A stretch of 64,000 nt of DNA, from assembly GCA_041650935.1 (NCBI GenBank), contig JBAZKH010000003.1, forward strand, positions 101,269-165,268. Reading direction: 5' to 3'. This document shows, piece after piece, positions 47,973-58,342 of the stretch (position 1 is its first letter; every line of letters begins with the position of its first letter). The notes beneath the pieces were generated by a model. The model was given only the letters and a program-made list of their open reading frames with translations. It was not told the origin of the DNA and did not search any database. The translations under genes were made by a program, and so were the position numbers. Source of the stretch: Candidatus Omnitrophota bacterium (GTDB lineage Bacteria > Omnitrophota > Gorgyraeia > 2-01-FULL-45-10).

Positions 47973-49475
47973 CTAAAGAGCTTCCATGCCGCGGCGGCAA
48001 ATCTCCCTGGCGTAATCCGTCCACAACCCCTGCCCCCAGTAACGGAAATCGCTCGATTGGGATAAGAGAAGATACAGGAGAGCCTTCCGGTAGCCAGGAT
48101 CCTCCGTATCCGCGCTTTTGCTGCCGGCCCTTCTGCGGCGCACGGGGTCGATACTGAGCTCTGTCGAAGTATCGAACTTGCGATGGAACATGACGCTTAA
48201 TTTATTGATGGGGCCCAGGATATCCTCGTATCCCTTTACCCAGTTTTTATCATTGGTCCATGAGCCTTTGTCGAGATTGTAGTTCGGGTCTCTTCCATGT
48301 ATGGCTTCGATGGCGCGATCGCACGCGCCGGGTGAATATTCGGTTACGAATTCCCATATCCTGTGCTGGGATACAGGCTGGACCGGCGTAAAAAACCGCT
48401 CGTCGGCGCCGGAGAGTTTCAGAAATTCGAGATACTCGGAGCCGTTCATCCCGACGGTGCCCACTATACCTATCTCACGAAAAGCCTGTTTGTATGCCGG
48501 CGGGAATTCGTTCATCATCACGCCGCCGTTCTCGCCGTCCCCTATCTGCAGGACATAGGGCGGCATCCGCCTGCCCTGGAGATCCTCGCGGAGACGGGAT
48601 TTTGCCTCATAGTACGGCTGCATCTGGGCGACGAGCTTGGTGTCCGACCCCTGGGTCTTGACCAGGACCGTTATCTCTTCTGTCTTGCCGAGAGAATTTT
48701 TGGCAACAAGCTTATGCGGGAAATGCGGCCTGTGTATCGGTTTCCCATCCAGGTTCTCTATCGTGTGCTCCTGCACCATCAGCCATTCGTAACCGCACTC
48801 TTTAAGCGCCTTAACATATTCGTAACATACGTCCGGATGTATCGGCAGGTGCATCTCGGGAGCGGAAAAACCTTTCACGCGGTCGAGCGCGTCGTAACCG
48901 AATATCGACGCAAAATGTTTACGCCAGGCGAGCATATGCAGTTTTATGTCGGGCACGGGCGTTGACGTCACAACGGCATGCGACCACATCGTCCCCAGCC
49001 ATTCGCAATACCGGTAATATTTCTTATCGCAGGTGATCAGGCTTAAGCTATCGAGCGCTTTGCCGCCGTCGATCTGCCTTAAACCCCACAGTAGATTACC
49101 GGAGTAGTCCAGCATCACGCGCGGATTATGGCCCTGCCCGGCGAGCTCCCTTAAGAATTCGGACATGCGCGCATAGCACCACAAAAATACGGTCGCATTA
49201 TGATTGTCGCCTATATTCTGGTGCTCCAGCATATACTGTAGGTTCGAGATAAGATGGGCACCCCTTAGATCATCTGTCGATGCGGGGATAGTGGGCTGGT
49301 GCATATGGAGGGCTATGCCGAAACCGGAATTTACCCTCTCGAAATCTATATTCGAAACCGGCGCGTATACTTCTTTTTTGCGCCGCGCGCCTTTTAACGC
49401 AAGCCGCTCCTCCCCGCCGCTTATGTTGGGGAGCCCGTCGACAAGTTCCCGCGGTCTTTCTTTAATGGTCGGCAT
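47973..49475 (-). CDS. Glycoside hydrolase family 57 protein (alpha-glucan-active, amylase/glucanotransferase-like)
   Basis: GH57 region-I motif ALHMHQP. The start was set at MPTIKERP (GGAGG RBS upstream), because the track start overlaps the upstream gene. Confidence 0.7.
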   Translation of the reverse strand: MPTIKERPRELVDGLPNISGGEERLALKGARRKKEVYAPVSNIDFERVNSGFGIALHMHQPTIPASTDDLRGAHLISNLQYMLEHQNIGDNHNATVFLWCYARMSEFLRELAGQGHNPRVMLDYSGNLLWGLRQIDGGKALDSLSLITCDKKYYRYCEWLGTMWSHAVVTSTPVPDIKLHMLAWRKHFASIFGYDALDRVKGFSAPEMHLPIHPDVCYEYVKALKECGYEWLMVQEHTIENLDGKPIHRPHFPHKLVAKNSLGKTEEITVLVKTQGSDTKLVAQMQPYYEAKSRLREDLQGRRMPPYVLQIGDGENGGVMMNEFPPAYKQAFREIGIVGTVGMNGSEYLEFLKLSGADERFFTPVQPVSQHRIWEFVTEYSPGACDRAIEAIHGRDPNYNLDKGSWTNDKNWVKGYEDILGPINKLSVMFHRKFDTSTELSIDPVRRRRAGSKSADTEDPGYRKALLYLLLSQSSDFRYWGQGLWTDYAREICRRGMEAL

Positions 49476-51087
49476 AAGATGCCTCCGGTAAGTAATATAC
49501 GGCACAGTCCATATCGCGGAATATATTATCCCGGCTCTCCACCTCTTCCAGCCACTCCTCATCTATGGAATTGCCGAGTATGTCGTTATATAGTTTCGTA
49601 AACCTGTTTATGTGCACACAGGTCCTTTTATTGGCATACGGCACCATCGTGCCGGTCTTTATTATAAAGGCCCAGTCGCTCGATTCCGCAAGCACCAGTT
49701 CTCTGGCGGCCTGGTTCAACGCACGGGTCCGGAGCTTGTTTAATTCGGGGTTCTTTATATTCGCTTCGAACTTTTGCGCCAGCTCCACCATCCTATCCTC
49801 CGCCGCGTGCAAGTGCTTATATATCCAATCCGTCCCGCCGCTGAGCCACTGTTCGCTGTAACCCTTCCACCCCCAGCTCGAGCCGGACGGCAGCGCGACC
49901 TGGTTCGTCGGATATTCTTCGAGATATTCGCCGGGCGTCGCCATCTTTACCGTCTTCTGGTCGTAGGCCATCTTCCTTGCCAGGAAATCTATCCACATCG
50001 GCCCCTCGAACCACCAGTGGCCGAAGAGCTCGGCATCGTACGGCGCAATGATGATAGGTTTCCTGTCCATATGGTGGGAGAGATGCTCTATCTGCTTCTC
50101 CCTATTGAACATAAAGTTACCGGCGTGCATGGCCGCTTTTTCGCGCGCCCAGTCTGGAACATACGGTTCCTTATGTTCGGTCTTGCCGGTTATACGCCAA
50201 TACTTCATGCCGGTATTTATCCTCAACCCGTTAGGGTGTATGTACGGTTTTATATACTCGTGATCGAGCTCATAGCCTATGTCCTTGTAATATTCCCTGT
50301 AATCTACGTCGCCGGGATAACCTTCTTTCGAGCTCCAAACCTGTTTAGACGATTCCCAGTCGCGGCCGAACGCCGCTACCCCGGACGGGCAATAGAGCGG
50401 CGCATATACGCCGTATTTCGGCGCGGGATCCGCGTTCATTATACCGTGTGAATCTACGAAGAAATACCTGACGCCCGCGTCTTTCAGGATCTTGTCGACG
50501 CCCGGATAATAGCCGCATTCGGGGAGCCAGAAACCTTTGGGCGTGCGCCCGAATGTCTTCTTGTAGTGATCGACGCCGATGTTGATCTGCGCCCTGGCCG
50601 CCTGTTCATTTACACCGAGGATGGGCAGGAAACCGTGCGTCGCGCACGAACCGATGACCTCGACATATCCCATGTCCTGGAATTTCTTAAAAGCGCGCAC
50701 GAGATCCCGCTTGTATTTGTCGACGAAAGTCTCTCTCGCTTCGAGGAATTTCCTGTGATACATGAGCGCGAGCCCGTGGAAGCGCGCGTCATAACCGGTC
50801 CTCTCCATCTCTTTTTTCGCCAGGTCTATGAGCCTGTCGATGTGACGGATATAGCGGTTCTGTAAAAACGGGTCCTTTAACATCGAGACAAGGGGAGGCG
50901 TCAGGGACATTGTTATGCGGAATTCCACGCCGTCGGCTATAAGTTTCTCGAAGACATTTATGAGCGGGATGTATGTTTCGGTAATAGCTTCGTAGAGCCA
51001 GTTCTCCTCGAGGAAATACTCTTCTTCGGGATGGCGGACAAACGGAAGGTGTGTATGCAGGACAAGGCTTAAATATCCTTTATACAT
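49462..51087 (-). CDS. GH57 family 1,4-alpha-glucan branching enzyme
   Basis: LVLHTHLPFV motif and a C-terminal helical domain. The start was chosen at MYKGYLS (51085-51087). Confidence 0.75.
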   Translation of the reverse strand: MYKGYLSLVLHTHLPFVRHPEEEYFLEENWLYEAITETYIPLINVFEKLIADGVEFRITMSLTPPLVSMLKDPFLQNRYIRHIDRLIDLAKKEMERTGYDARFHGLALMYHRKFLEARETFVDKYKRDLVRAFKKFQDMGYVEVIGSCATHGFLPILGVNEQAARAQINIGVDHYKKTFGRTPKGFWLPECGYYPGVDKILKDAGVRYFFVDSHGIMNADPAPKYGVYAPLYCPSGVAAFGRDWESSKQVWSSKEGYPGDVDYREYYKDIGYELDHEYIKPYIHPNGLRINTGMKYWRITGKTEHKEPYVPDWAREKAAMHAGNFMFNREKQIEHLSHHMDRKPIIIAPYDAELFGHWWFEGPMWIDFLARKMAYDQKTVKMATPGEYLEEYPTNQVALPSGSSWGWKGYSEQWLSGGTDWIYKHLHAAEDRMVELAQKFEANIKNPELNKLRTRALNQAARELVLAESSDWAFIIKTGTMVPYANKRTCVHINRFTKLYNDILGNSIDEEWLEEVESRDNIFRDMDCAVYYLPEASYADH

Positions 51088-52135
51088 ATCGTGTCTTTTC
51101 GCGCTCCGCGGCTGTAATAATCTCACGCTTTTCCGCATCATCAGCGGAGATCGCGGTAAAACCCAGCGGTATCTTCCCATCGGGCAGGGCGAGCCTCATA
51201 TCGAATGTCCCGTCGGGGCGCAATTCTATTTTTTTATCGCCCCAGAAGACTTTTGCATCCGGCTCCGTCCGGCCGTAAACTATGAGTTCAGTGCCGATCT
51301 CGAAAAAAAACTTTCTTGCCGGGGATTGTTCGCTGGCGCCCGGGAAGGCCTCGCTCGCGCCGCCGTATTCGGAAGCGCCCAGAAATGTCTTTTTGGAGAA
51401 TCTTCCCGCGATAGCGCTGCAGGTATCGGATCCCGTCAGGGAGAAATCGAGCCCCAGGCGCTTAAGCATGCCTCTGCGGGTCAGGCGGCGTGCAAGTCTT
51501 TGTGATATAACATCTTTAAGGAGGGGTGAAATATTCGAATAATACTCCGCTACGTCCTCTTCAGTCAGGGTTATCCTGCGGCGGCGGTTCGGTCTGTTCC
51601 CGGGCGTTCCTGTTCTTTGATTTTTTTTTACGTCCGCTATTACGTAAGGCGCCGCCGGCTTGAAACCCTCCGCCTTCATCCATATCTCTTCGCGGCGGTT
51701 CGAAGAATTAATCCGCGGCGTCGTGACAAAGTTGGATCTTGTCAGGGCGAAGAATCTCCCGTCATTAAAACGGTAACCTATCTCAGCGCAATAGCTCGCG
51801 TTATCGTTCCAAAGATTTACGTACCAGTTATCTGAGTTAGCGCCCACATCGATATCGAACTGGCGGTTAGCGTTGGTCCCGTTAAAATCGATGCAGGAGA
51901 CATCATAGAGACGCAGGATCCGGGCGGCACCGTCCAGGGAACCTATCCGGCTCTTCAGCTCGTCGACCGAAGAATACGGGATCTCCCAGTATGCGTATAT
52001 CCAGTGCGGATCCCGCGCTACTAAGGTGAGTTTTATCCTGTTATAGGCAAGAGGTATGTCGAGACTCTCAACAAACGGCTTTTTTACGCCATGGCTCTTC
52101 TTGTTCCTGCTAGTGGCCATACGAAGTTTCACCAA
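51080..52135 (-). CDS. Hypothetical protein conserved with GH57 glucan genes (DUF4912-like)
   Basis: 351 aa with a basic mid-region (GTPGNRPNRRRRITLTEED). The family call is tentative. Confidence 0.5.
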   Translation of the reverse strand: MVKLRMATSRNKKSHGVKKPFVESLDIPLAYNRIKLTLVARDPHWIYAYWEIPYSSVDELKSRIGSLDGAARILRLYDVSCIDFNGTNANRQFDIDVGANSDNWYVNLWNDNASYCAEIGYRFNDGRFFALTRSNFVTTPRINSSNRREEIWMKAEGFKPAAPYVIADVKKNQRTGTPGNRPNRRRRITLTEEDVAEYYSNISPLLKDVISQRLARRLTRRGMLKRLGLDFSLTGSDTCSAIAGRFSKKTFLGASEYGGASEAFPGASEQSPARKFFFEIGTELIVYGRTEPDAKVFWGDKKIELRPDGTFDMRLALPDGKIPLGFTAISADDAEKREIITAAEREKTRYV

Positions 52136-52141
52136 ATTGCT

Positions 52142-53305
52142 TTAGGAGCTGTAAACATCCAATACCTGGTCGGCGACTATATCCCACGAAAACGCGGATT
52201 CCACCGCGACCCGGCCGTTTCTTCCCATCCACCTGGCATGCTCGAAATCGTTAAAAAGCGTCCCTATTCCCCACGCTATCGATTCCGGATTGCAGTATAT
52301 CTTCAAACCCGTAACGTCGTGCCATATTATCTCGGACGGTCCGCCGTTGCCGCAAGCCACAACGGGTTTGCCGGCGCTCCACGCCTCGAGTATCACGATA
52401 CCAAACGGCTCGTTCCTGCTCGGCACCACTACGCAGTCGCAGGCCTTGTACAGGTCCGACAACCGCCACCCGTTGTGATAACCGAGGAATCTTGTCGCGT
52501 GAGCAACGCCGATCTGCCTGGCGCGCGCCTCGACCGACCAGCGCATTTCACCGTCACCGACGAATACGAATTTAGCGTTTCCGTAATATTTGAGGATGTA
52601 AGGGATCGCCTCGACCAGGAGGTCCGGCCCTTTCTGGTAGACCATCCTTCCCGAAAATAAGACCATCGGATCCATCGGCCCTACGCCGTACATACGCCGC
52701 ACGCCGGCAGGATCTATCCAGCCGTCGTAATTTCTGGGATTCACACCGTTATATACTACGCTGACTTTCCAGTCCGGCAGATTATACATCCACATTATCT
52801 CGTTCTTAAGCGCGCCCGAGACAGCCATCACCTTGTCCGCGCAGAATGTACCGTGGCGTTCGTGGTCCCTTATGCGGGCGGACCTTCCTCCGTGAAAATT
52901 ATTGCCGCATCTGCCGTATTCGGTAGAGTGTATCGTCAAAATACTCTTCCGGCCGCGGCCCTGTTTTATCCATACCATAGCGTTAGATGCCAGCCAGTCG
53001 TGGGCATGGACAATATCGAACGGCGCGCCCATGTAATCCTCGGCATGGAAGACAGCATCGACAAACGCCCTGCACATATTATTTATCTCTTCGACAAAAT
53101 CGGAATGTGACGTGAACGGGACCCTGTGATAATGGACGCCCTGGATACGCTCATACTGGGCATGGTTGGGCCTGCCCATGCGGGTAAATACATGGATCTC
53201 ATTGCCTTTGCGTTCCAACGCACATGCAAGCTCGGTAACATGCGCCGCTACGCCGCCTACGCCTATCGAGTGAAGGGATTCCCATGAAAGCAACGCTATC
53301 TTCAT
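52142..53305 (-). CDS. GT4-family glycosyltransferase (glycogen/alpha-glucan synthase-like)
   Basis: 387 aa with the C-terminal E-x7-E-type motif region (PSRNEPFGIVILEAWSAGKPVV). Confidence 0.75.
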   Translation of the reverse strand: MKIALLSWESLHSIGVGGVAAHVTELACALERKGNEIHVFTRMGRPNHAQYERIQGVHYHRVPFTSHSDFVEEINNMCRAFVDAVFHAEDYMGAPFDIVHAHDWLASNAMVWIKQGRGRKSILTIHSTEYGRCGNNFHGGRSARIRDHERHGTFCADKVMAVSGALKNEIMWMYNLPDWKVSVVYNGVNPRNYDGWIDPAGVRRMYGVGPMDPMVLFSGRMVYQKGPDLLVEAIPYILKYYGNAKFVFVGDGEMRWSVEARARQIGVAHATRFLGYHNGWRLSDLYKACDCVVVPSRNEPFGIVILEAWSAGKPVVACGNGGPSEIIWHDVTGLKIYCNPESIAWGIGTLFNDFEHARWMGRNGRVAVESAFSWDIVADQVLDVYSS

Positions 53306-53400
53306 AACACCCTCTCTATTCCGCCACTATTAGAATTGTCGTTAAGGTAGGTCTATATTATATCATATGTTGCATATAATGTCACAAGAAAGTGAAGTTT

Positions 53401-54396
53401 CTATCTATGAAGTATTTGACGCAACGCAAGGTAAGATAAGGCCGATATGAATGCCGAACACGGTATGGTCAATATCCAGGCCCAGACGATCCTGCCGGCA
53501 ACACCCCATTTTACCGCGCTCAAGCGCCTGAGAGAGCCAATGCCCATAATGGCGCCGGTAATGGTATGCGTCGTGCTTACGGGGATACCGAATCCGGAAG
53601 AGATGAATAATGTAGCGGCGGCGCCCAGTTCGGCGCAAAAACCGTCGACCGGTTTTAACTTCGCCACCTTCTGCCCCATCGTCTTGACTACACGCCATCC
53701 GCCGAACATCGTACCGGCCGCAATGGCCATATAGCAGGCTATGATAATCCAAAACGGGATGTAGAATTTGTCACCAAGCAGCCCCGCGCTGAATAGAAGG
53801 CTCGCTATGATTCCCATCGTCTTCTGCGCATCGTTCCCGCCGTGGCCCAGGCTGTAAAATGCCGCCGAGAGTAACTGCCCCTTGCGGAATATGTGATCGA
53901 CCTGGGCGGGAGCGCTCGACCTGAATATCCAGTAGACTACTATTCCAAGTCCAAGGCCCAATGCGAGCCCCAGTACCGGGGATATAAAGATAAACGCGAC
54001 TGTCTTGATGATGCCGCTCCACAAAAGCGCCCCGGTGCCGACCTTTGCCAGCGCTGCCCCTATCATCCCGCCGATCAGCGCGTGGGATGAGCTCGTCGGA
54101 AGCCCCAGATACCATGTAATAATGTTCCATCCGCACGCTCCTATGAGCGCGCCGAAGATCGTCATCTTGTCGATAGTATTTATATCGACGATGCCCTTGC
54201 CTATAGTGGTCGCAACATGCAGCCCGAAGAAGAGGAACGCGGCGAAGTTAAAGAACGCCGCCCATATCACGGCTTTTTTCGGGGATAATACGCGTGTAGA
54301 AACAATAGTAGCTATGGAGTTAGCGGAATCGTGGAACCCGTTTAAAAAATCGAACAGGAGCGCGAGGGCTATAAGAAAAAGTATGGCCAGCGTCAT
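53401..54396 (-). CDS. Inorganic phosphate transporter, PiT (PHO4) family
   Basis: GFHDSANSIAT and a repeated GxNDAQK motif (GHGGNDAQKTMG). Confidence 0.85.
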   Translation of the reverse strand: MTLAILFLIALALLFDFLNGFHDSANSIATIVSTRVLSPKKAVIWAAFFNFAAFLFFGLHVATTIGKGIVDINTIDKMTIFGALIGACGWNIITWYLGLPTSSSHALIGGMIGAALAKVGTGALLWSGIIKTVAFIFISPVLGLALGLGLGIVVYWIFRSSAPAQVDHIFRKGQLLSAAFYSLGHGGNDAQKTMGIIASLLFSAGLLGDKFYIPFWIIIACYMAIAAGTMFGGWRVVKTMGQKVAKLKPVDGFCAELGAAATLFISSGFGIPVSTTHTITGAIMGIGSLRRLSAVKWGVAGRIVWAWILTIPCSAFISALSYLALRQILHR

Positions 54397-54399
54397 TTA

Positions 54400-55026
54400 T
54401 CAGGCCTGCTTTACAAGGATGGATTGGACTACGTGCGCGACGTCTTCACAGATATCGAGGACCGTCTCAGCGTCCTGATATATCTCTTTCAATTTTATTA
54501 TTTCGATGGGATCTTTCGACGTCTCGAAAAGCTCGGCAAGGACATTATCCCTCATCGTATCGCCTAAATTCTCGAGGCTGTTTATCTCTACGCACGCATT
54601 CGAAACATCTTTGGCCTTTTTAGGATCCCTCAGGCCTTTTATGGCGCACGACACGGCATAGACGGATTCGCCGATCATCGACGCGAATTCCATCAGGTTC
54701 TTGTTCGGTCCGGCAATCTTATATACCTTCATCCTGTTAACGATCGTATACAGCATGTCGATCACGTCATCCAGCTCTTTTGCCAGCGCGTGAATGTCTT
54801 CCCTGTCAAAAGGCGTAATGAAGGTTTTATTCAGGCTGTCGAGGATGGTATGCGCGACTTCGTCGCCCTGGTGCTCGATCTCGTGCATCGTTGTAAGAGA
54901 CGCCTCGTCGAGAGCGCTCTTCGATACAAGCTCTTTGAAGCATTCGGCCGCGTCTACGGCGTAACCGGCCTGTTTTTCGAATAGGTCGAAGAAATTAAAA
55001 TCTTTAGGGAAAAATTTGAATAACAT
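54400..55026 (-). CDS. DUF47 / PhoU-like phosphate transport regulator, partner of PiT
   Basis: 208 aa helical protein, translationally coupled to PiT. Confidence 0.75.
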   Translation of the reverse strand: MLFKFFPKDFNFFDLFEKQAGYAVDAAECFKELVSKSALDEASLTTMHEIEHQGDEVAHTILDSLNKTFITPFDREDIHALAKELDDVIDMLYTIVNRMKVYKIAGPNKNLMEFASMIGESVYAVSCAIKGLRDPKKAKDVSNACVEINSLENLGDTMRDNVLAELFETSKDPIEIIKLKEIYQDAETVLDICEDVAHVVQSILVKQA

Positions 55027-55079
55027 GATGATTCATTATAAGTGGCATGGTTGGAAGTGTCAATGGGAAAAAATTTATG

Positions 55080-55748
55080 TTACTTCAGCTTTTCGGGGTG
55101 GTGTTTGACGACCTCGGCCTGGACCATATAGATGACATCTTCGGCAATATTTGTGGTATGGTCGCATATCCGTTCCAGGAAGCGCGTAATTAGCAGAAGC
55201 TGGACGGCTCTGGGAGCCGTGGATGGATCCTTCAACATGTAATCCTCTATAAGCTCTTTCGAGATCAGGTTTCGCAAGCTATCGGCCTCGGCGTCGGAAA
55301 GTATTACTTTACGCGCCAGCTCTACATCGCCTTTTATAAAAGAATCTACGGCCATCTTCACCATATTCTGCGCGATTGCTGTCAGTTTAGGGATGTCTAC
55401 AAGCGGCTTTAATAGAGGTTTATCTGCGAGCTCCAGCACCCGCTGGGCTATATCTAAGGCTATGTCGGCAATACGTTCCAGTTCGGCGTTTAATTTCATG
55501 CCGGTCGTAATAAAACGCAGGTCTTTGGCCATCGGTTGGTAGCGCGCGATAAGGTCGATGCATCTCTCATCAATATCGAGCTCCAGCTTGTCTATATTGG
55601 CATCGTTGGCTATGACGCTCTTCGCCAGTTCCCCGTCCCGGCCTTTCAACGCTTCTATCGATTTATAGATAGCCTCTTCCGCATAGCATCCAATCTTCAG
55701 GATCTCCTGGTTCAACTCTTTCAATTCCTGGTCTAAATGTCTTTCCAT
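55080..55748 (-). CDS. phoU: Phosphate signalling complex protein PhoU
   Basis: Two PhoU repeats with the conserved E(R/x)IADxAxxIAE and ERICDH motifs. Confidence 0.9.
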   Translation of the reverse strand: MERHLDQELKELNQEILKIGCYAEEAIYKSIEALKGRDGELAKSVIANDANIDKLELDIDERCIDLIARYQPMAKDLRFITTGMKLNAELERIADIALDIAQRVLELADKPLLKPLVDIPKLTAIAQNMVKMAVDSFIKGDVELARKVILSDAEADSLRNLISKELIEDYMLKDPSTAPRAVQLLLITRFLERICDHTTNIAEDVIYMVQAEVVKHHPEKLK

Positions 55749-55761
55749 GGTAACCCTCCGT

Positions 55762-55940
55762 TTTAGCTCTTAGGTCATAGCTATTAGCTCATAGCTCTTA
55801 GCTCATAGGTCATAGGGAGTAGCTCGTAGGTCATAGGTCATAGGTTTATAGGAAAATTTTATTCTTACCCCTATCACCTATCAGCTATGACCTATCACCT
55901 ATGAGCTATCAGCTAAGAGCTATGAGCTATCACCTACACT
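55762..55940. repeat. Long imperfect palindrome, about 80-bp arms, each made of degenerate 8-9-nt tandem units (tagctcata/taggtcata), between pstB and phoU
   Basis: Left arm ggtcatagctattagctcatagctcttagctcataggtcatagg.... Right arm ...cctatcacctatcagctatgacctatcacctatgagctatcagctaagagctatgagctatcacc. The centre is ggaaaattttattcttacc. Confidence 0.8.
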
Positions 55941-56694
55941 ACCCATATCTTCCCGTGATATAATCCTCTGTCCTCTTATCCTGCGGCGCGGTAAATATCT
56001 GCTCCGTCCTGCCGAATTCTATCAGTTCGCCAAGGAGCATGAAGCCGGTGTCGTCTGAAACGCGCGCCGCCTGCTGCATGTTGTGCGTGACTATTATTAT
56101 AGTATAATTACTCTTCAACTCACGCATTAATTCTTCGATCCTCGCGGTCGCCTGCGGGTCGAGGGTCGAACACGGCTCGTCCATCAAGAGCACGTCCGGC
56201 TTGACCGCTATGAGCCGCGCGATGCAGAGCCTCTGTTTTTGCTCTAGCGATAACGAGAGAGCCGATTTATTCAAGCCGTCTTTCAACTCGTCCCATAATA
56301 ACACGCTCTTAAGGCTCGCCTCAACTATCCCGTCCAGATCGTTACGTTTGATATTTTCCGTATGTATCCTCTGGCCGAAAACTATATTCTCATAAATTGA
56401 CAAAGGAAACGGGTTGGGCCTCTGGAAGACCATTCCGACCTTTTTGCGTAAACTCACCAGGTCCGCTTTGCCGCCCAGTATATTTTCTCCGTCGATAATA
56501 ACCTCACCTGCCTGCCGGACACTCTCTATCAGGTCGTTCATCCTGTTAAAAATCCGAAGAAGCGTCGACTTACCGCAACCCGAAGGCCCTATTATCGCGG
56601 TAATCTTTTTGGGCGCGAAACTCGAATTCACATCTTTGATCGCGTGAAAACCGCCATACCATAAATTGAGTTTTCTGGTGACTATTTTGCTCAT
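55939..56694 (-). CDS. pstB: Phosphate ABC transporter ATP-binding protein PstB
   Basis: Walker [10 protein letters not shown], signature LSLEQKQRL, Walker B LLMDEP. Confidence 0.9.
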   Translation of the reverse strand: MSKIVTRKLNLWYGGFHAIKDVNSSFAPKKITAIIGPSGCGKSTLLRIFNRMNDLIESVRQAGEVIIDGENILGGKADLVSLRKKVGMVFQRPNPFPLSIYENIVFGQRIHTENIKRNDLDGIVEASLKSVLLWDELKDGLNKSALSLSLEQKQRLCIARLIAVKPDVLLMDEPCSTLDPQATARIEELMRELKSNYTIIIVTHNMQQAARVSDDTGFMLLGELIEFGRTEQIFTAPQDKRTEDYITGRYG

Positions 56695-57449
56695 CCGAAC
56701 TTTCCTCTTATATATCCGTCAGTGCGTTTATCACGCGGCGCGGTAAATATCTTATCGGTACTGTCAATCTCAAGCAGTTCTCCGCTCAGGAAGAACGCCG
56801 TCCTGTCCCCGACCCTTGCCGCCTGTTTTACGTTATTCGTCACAAGCACTATCGTATATTTTTCTTTCAGTTTTAGCATCGCGTCTTCGACTTTAGCCGT
56901 CGAAATAGGATCGAGCCCCGAACACGGTTCGTCGAAAAGTATCACCTCCGGACCCACCGCAAGGGTCCTCGCTATGCAAAGGCGCTGCTGCTGGCCGCCT
57001 GATAATTTAAACGCCGACTCATCGAGCCTGTCCTTAACCTCCTCCCAGAGGTAGGCCTGCCGAAGCGCCTCCTCGACATGCGTCTTTATGCCTCTGCGTT
57101 TGATCTTGGCTTGCATACTTATTCCGTATGCTACATTATCGAATATCGAAAGCGGGAGAGGAAGCGGGAGCGCGAAGACCATCCCCACCCTGCGCCGGAG
57201 AGACTCTACGTCGAGGCCCCTGGTGTCCTGGCGCTCAAGCTCTATCAAACCCGTCATCCTGCAATTAGCGCTCAAGTCGTTCAGGCGATTCAGCGCGCGC
57301 AAAAAAGTCGTCTTCCCGCTGTTGGACGGCCCGATTACGCTCAAGATCTCGTTTGCATTGATCTCCATGCTCACATCTTTTAAAACACGGAGCGCGCCGA
57401 ACCATATATTTAAATCGTGAAGCTCGAATTTTGTCTGCGGGGCTACCAT
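56691..57449 (-). CDS. pstB: Phosphate ABC transporter ATP-binding protein, second tandem PstB paralog
   Basis: Walker [10 protein letters not shown], signature LSGGQQQRL, Walker B ILFDEP. It overlaps the downstream pstB by 4 nt. Confidence 0.85.
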   Translation of the reverse strand: MVAPQTKFELHDLNIWFGALRVLKDVSMEINANEILSVIGPSNSGKTTFLRALNRLNDLSANCRMTGLIELERQDTRGLDVESLRRRVGMVFALPLPLPLSIFDNVAYGISMQAKIKRRGIKTHVEEALRQAYLWEEVKDRLDESAFKLSGGQQQRLCIARTLAVGPEVILFDEPCSGLDPISTAKVEDAMLKLKEKYTIVLVTNNVKQAARVGDRTAFFLSGELLEIDSTDKIFTAPRDKRTDGYIRGKFG

Positions 57450-58294
57450 TTCTTCTTCTTTCTGAATTTATAACGGATAATTATCGCAACCAGGTTCATG
57501 AAGAGCACCATTGCCAGCAATACGAGCGCGGTCCCGTATCTCACCTTTTCATCGACGTTAGGCACCTGGGTCGAAATTACATATAAGTGGTACGGCAAAG
57601 CCATCGCCTGGTCAAAGATCGAAGCCGGAAGCTGCGGCAGGTAAAATGCCGCAACGGTAAAGAGTATCGGCGCAGTTTCGCCCGCCGCGCGGCCGAGCCC
57701 CAGGATCGTGCCAGTCAGGACGCCGGGGATGGCGTTCGGCAGGACTATGCGGCGTATTGTCTGCCATTTACTTGCGCCGAGCGACAGGCTCACTTCGCGA
57801 AAAGATTGCGGCACGCTCTCGAGCGCCTCGCGCGACGTAGTAATGATAATCGGCAGTATCATTATGCCCAGCGTAAGCGAACCTGAAAGTATCGACGCGC
57901 CGAACTTAAAGAATGTGACGAAGAGCGCGAGGCCGAAGAGACCGTAGACCACCGACGGCACGCCCGCCAGATTTACGATAGCGAGCCTTATTATCCGGCT
58001 TATGAAATTTTCTTTAGAATATTCGCTCAAATATATCGCGGCCAAAAGCCCTATGGGAAGCGCAAAAAGGATCGCGCCCGAAACTAAATATAGCGTGCCG
58101 ACGATCGCCGGGAATATACCTCCGGCGCGCATTCCCTGGCGCGGGATATCCGACAAGAATTGCCAATTTATCGCGGGCAGGCCCTTCTGGATGATGATTA
58201 CAACGATAAGCCCCACCGGCACGACTATCAAAAGCGTCGCCAGGAAGAGTAACGCAAAAGCTATTTTTTGTGATCTGTAAGGGTTTCTTTTCAC
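57443..58294 (-). CDS. pstA: Phosphate ABC transporter permease PstA
   Basis: 283 aa with 6 TM helices and the EAA-like loop. The start is GTG. Confidence 0.85.
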   Translation of the reverse strand: MKRNPYRSQKIAFALLFLATLLIVVPVGLIVVIIIQKGLPAINWQFLSDIPRQGMRAGGIFPAIVGTLYLVSGAILFALPIGLLAAIYLSEYSKENFISRIIRLAIVNLAGVPSVVYGLFGLALFVTFFKFGASILSGSLTLGIMILPIIITTSREALESVPQSFREVSLSLGASKWQTIRRIVLPNAIPGVLTGTILGLGRAAGETAPILFTVAAFYLPQLPASIFDQAMALPYHLYVISTQVPNVDEKVRYGTALVLLAMVLFMNLVAIIIRYKFRKKKKW

Positions 58295-58309
58295 TATTGA
58301 CTCTCTGAT

Positions 58310-58339
58310 CGTAGTGGAGGTTTAAACCTCCACTACGAT
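58310..58339. repeat. TTTAAA-loop hairpin element (copy C) between pstC and pstA
   Basis: cgtagtggaggTTTAAAcctccactacg, a perfect 11-bp stem. Confidence 0.7.
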
Positions 58340-58342
58340 GGC

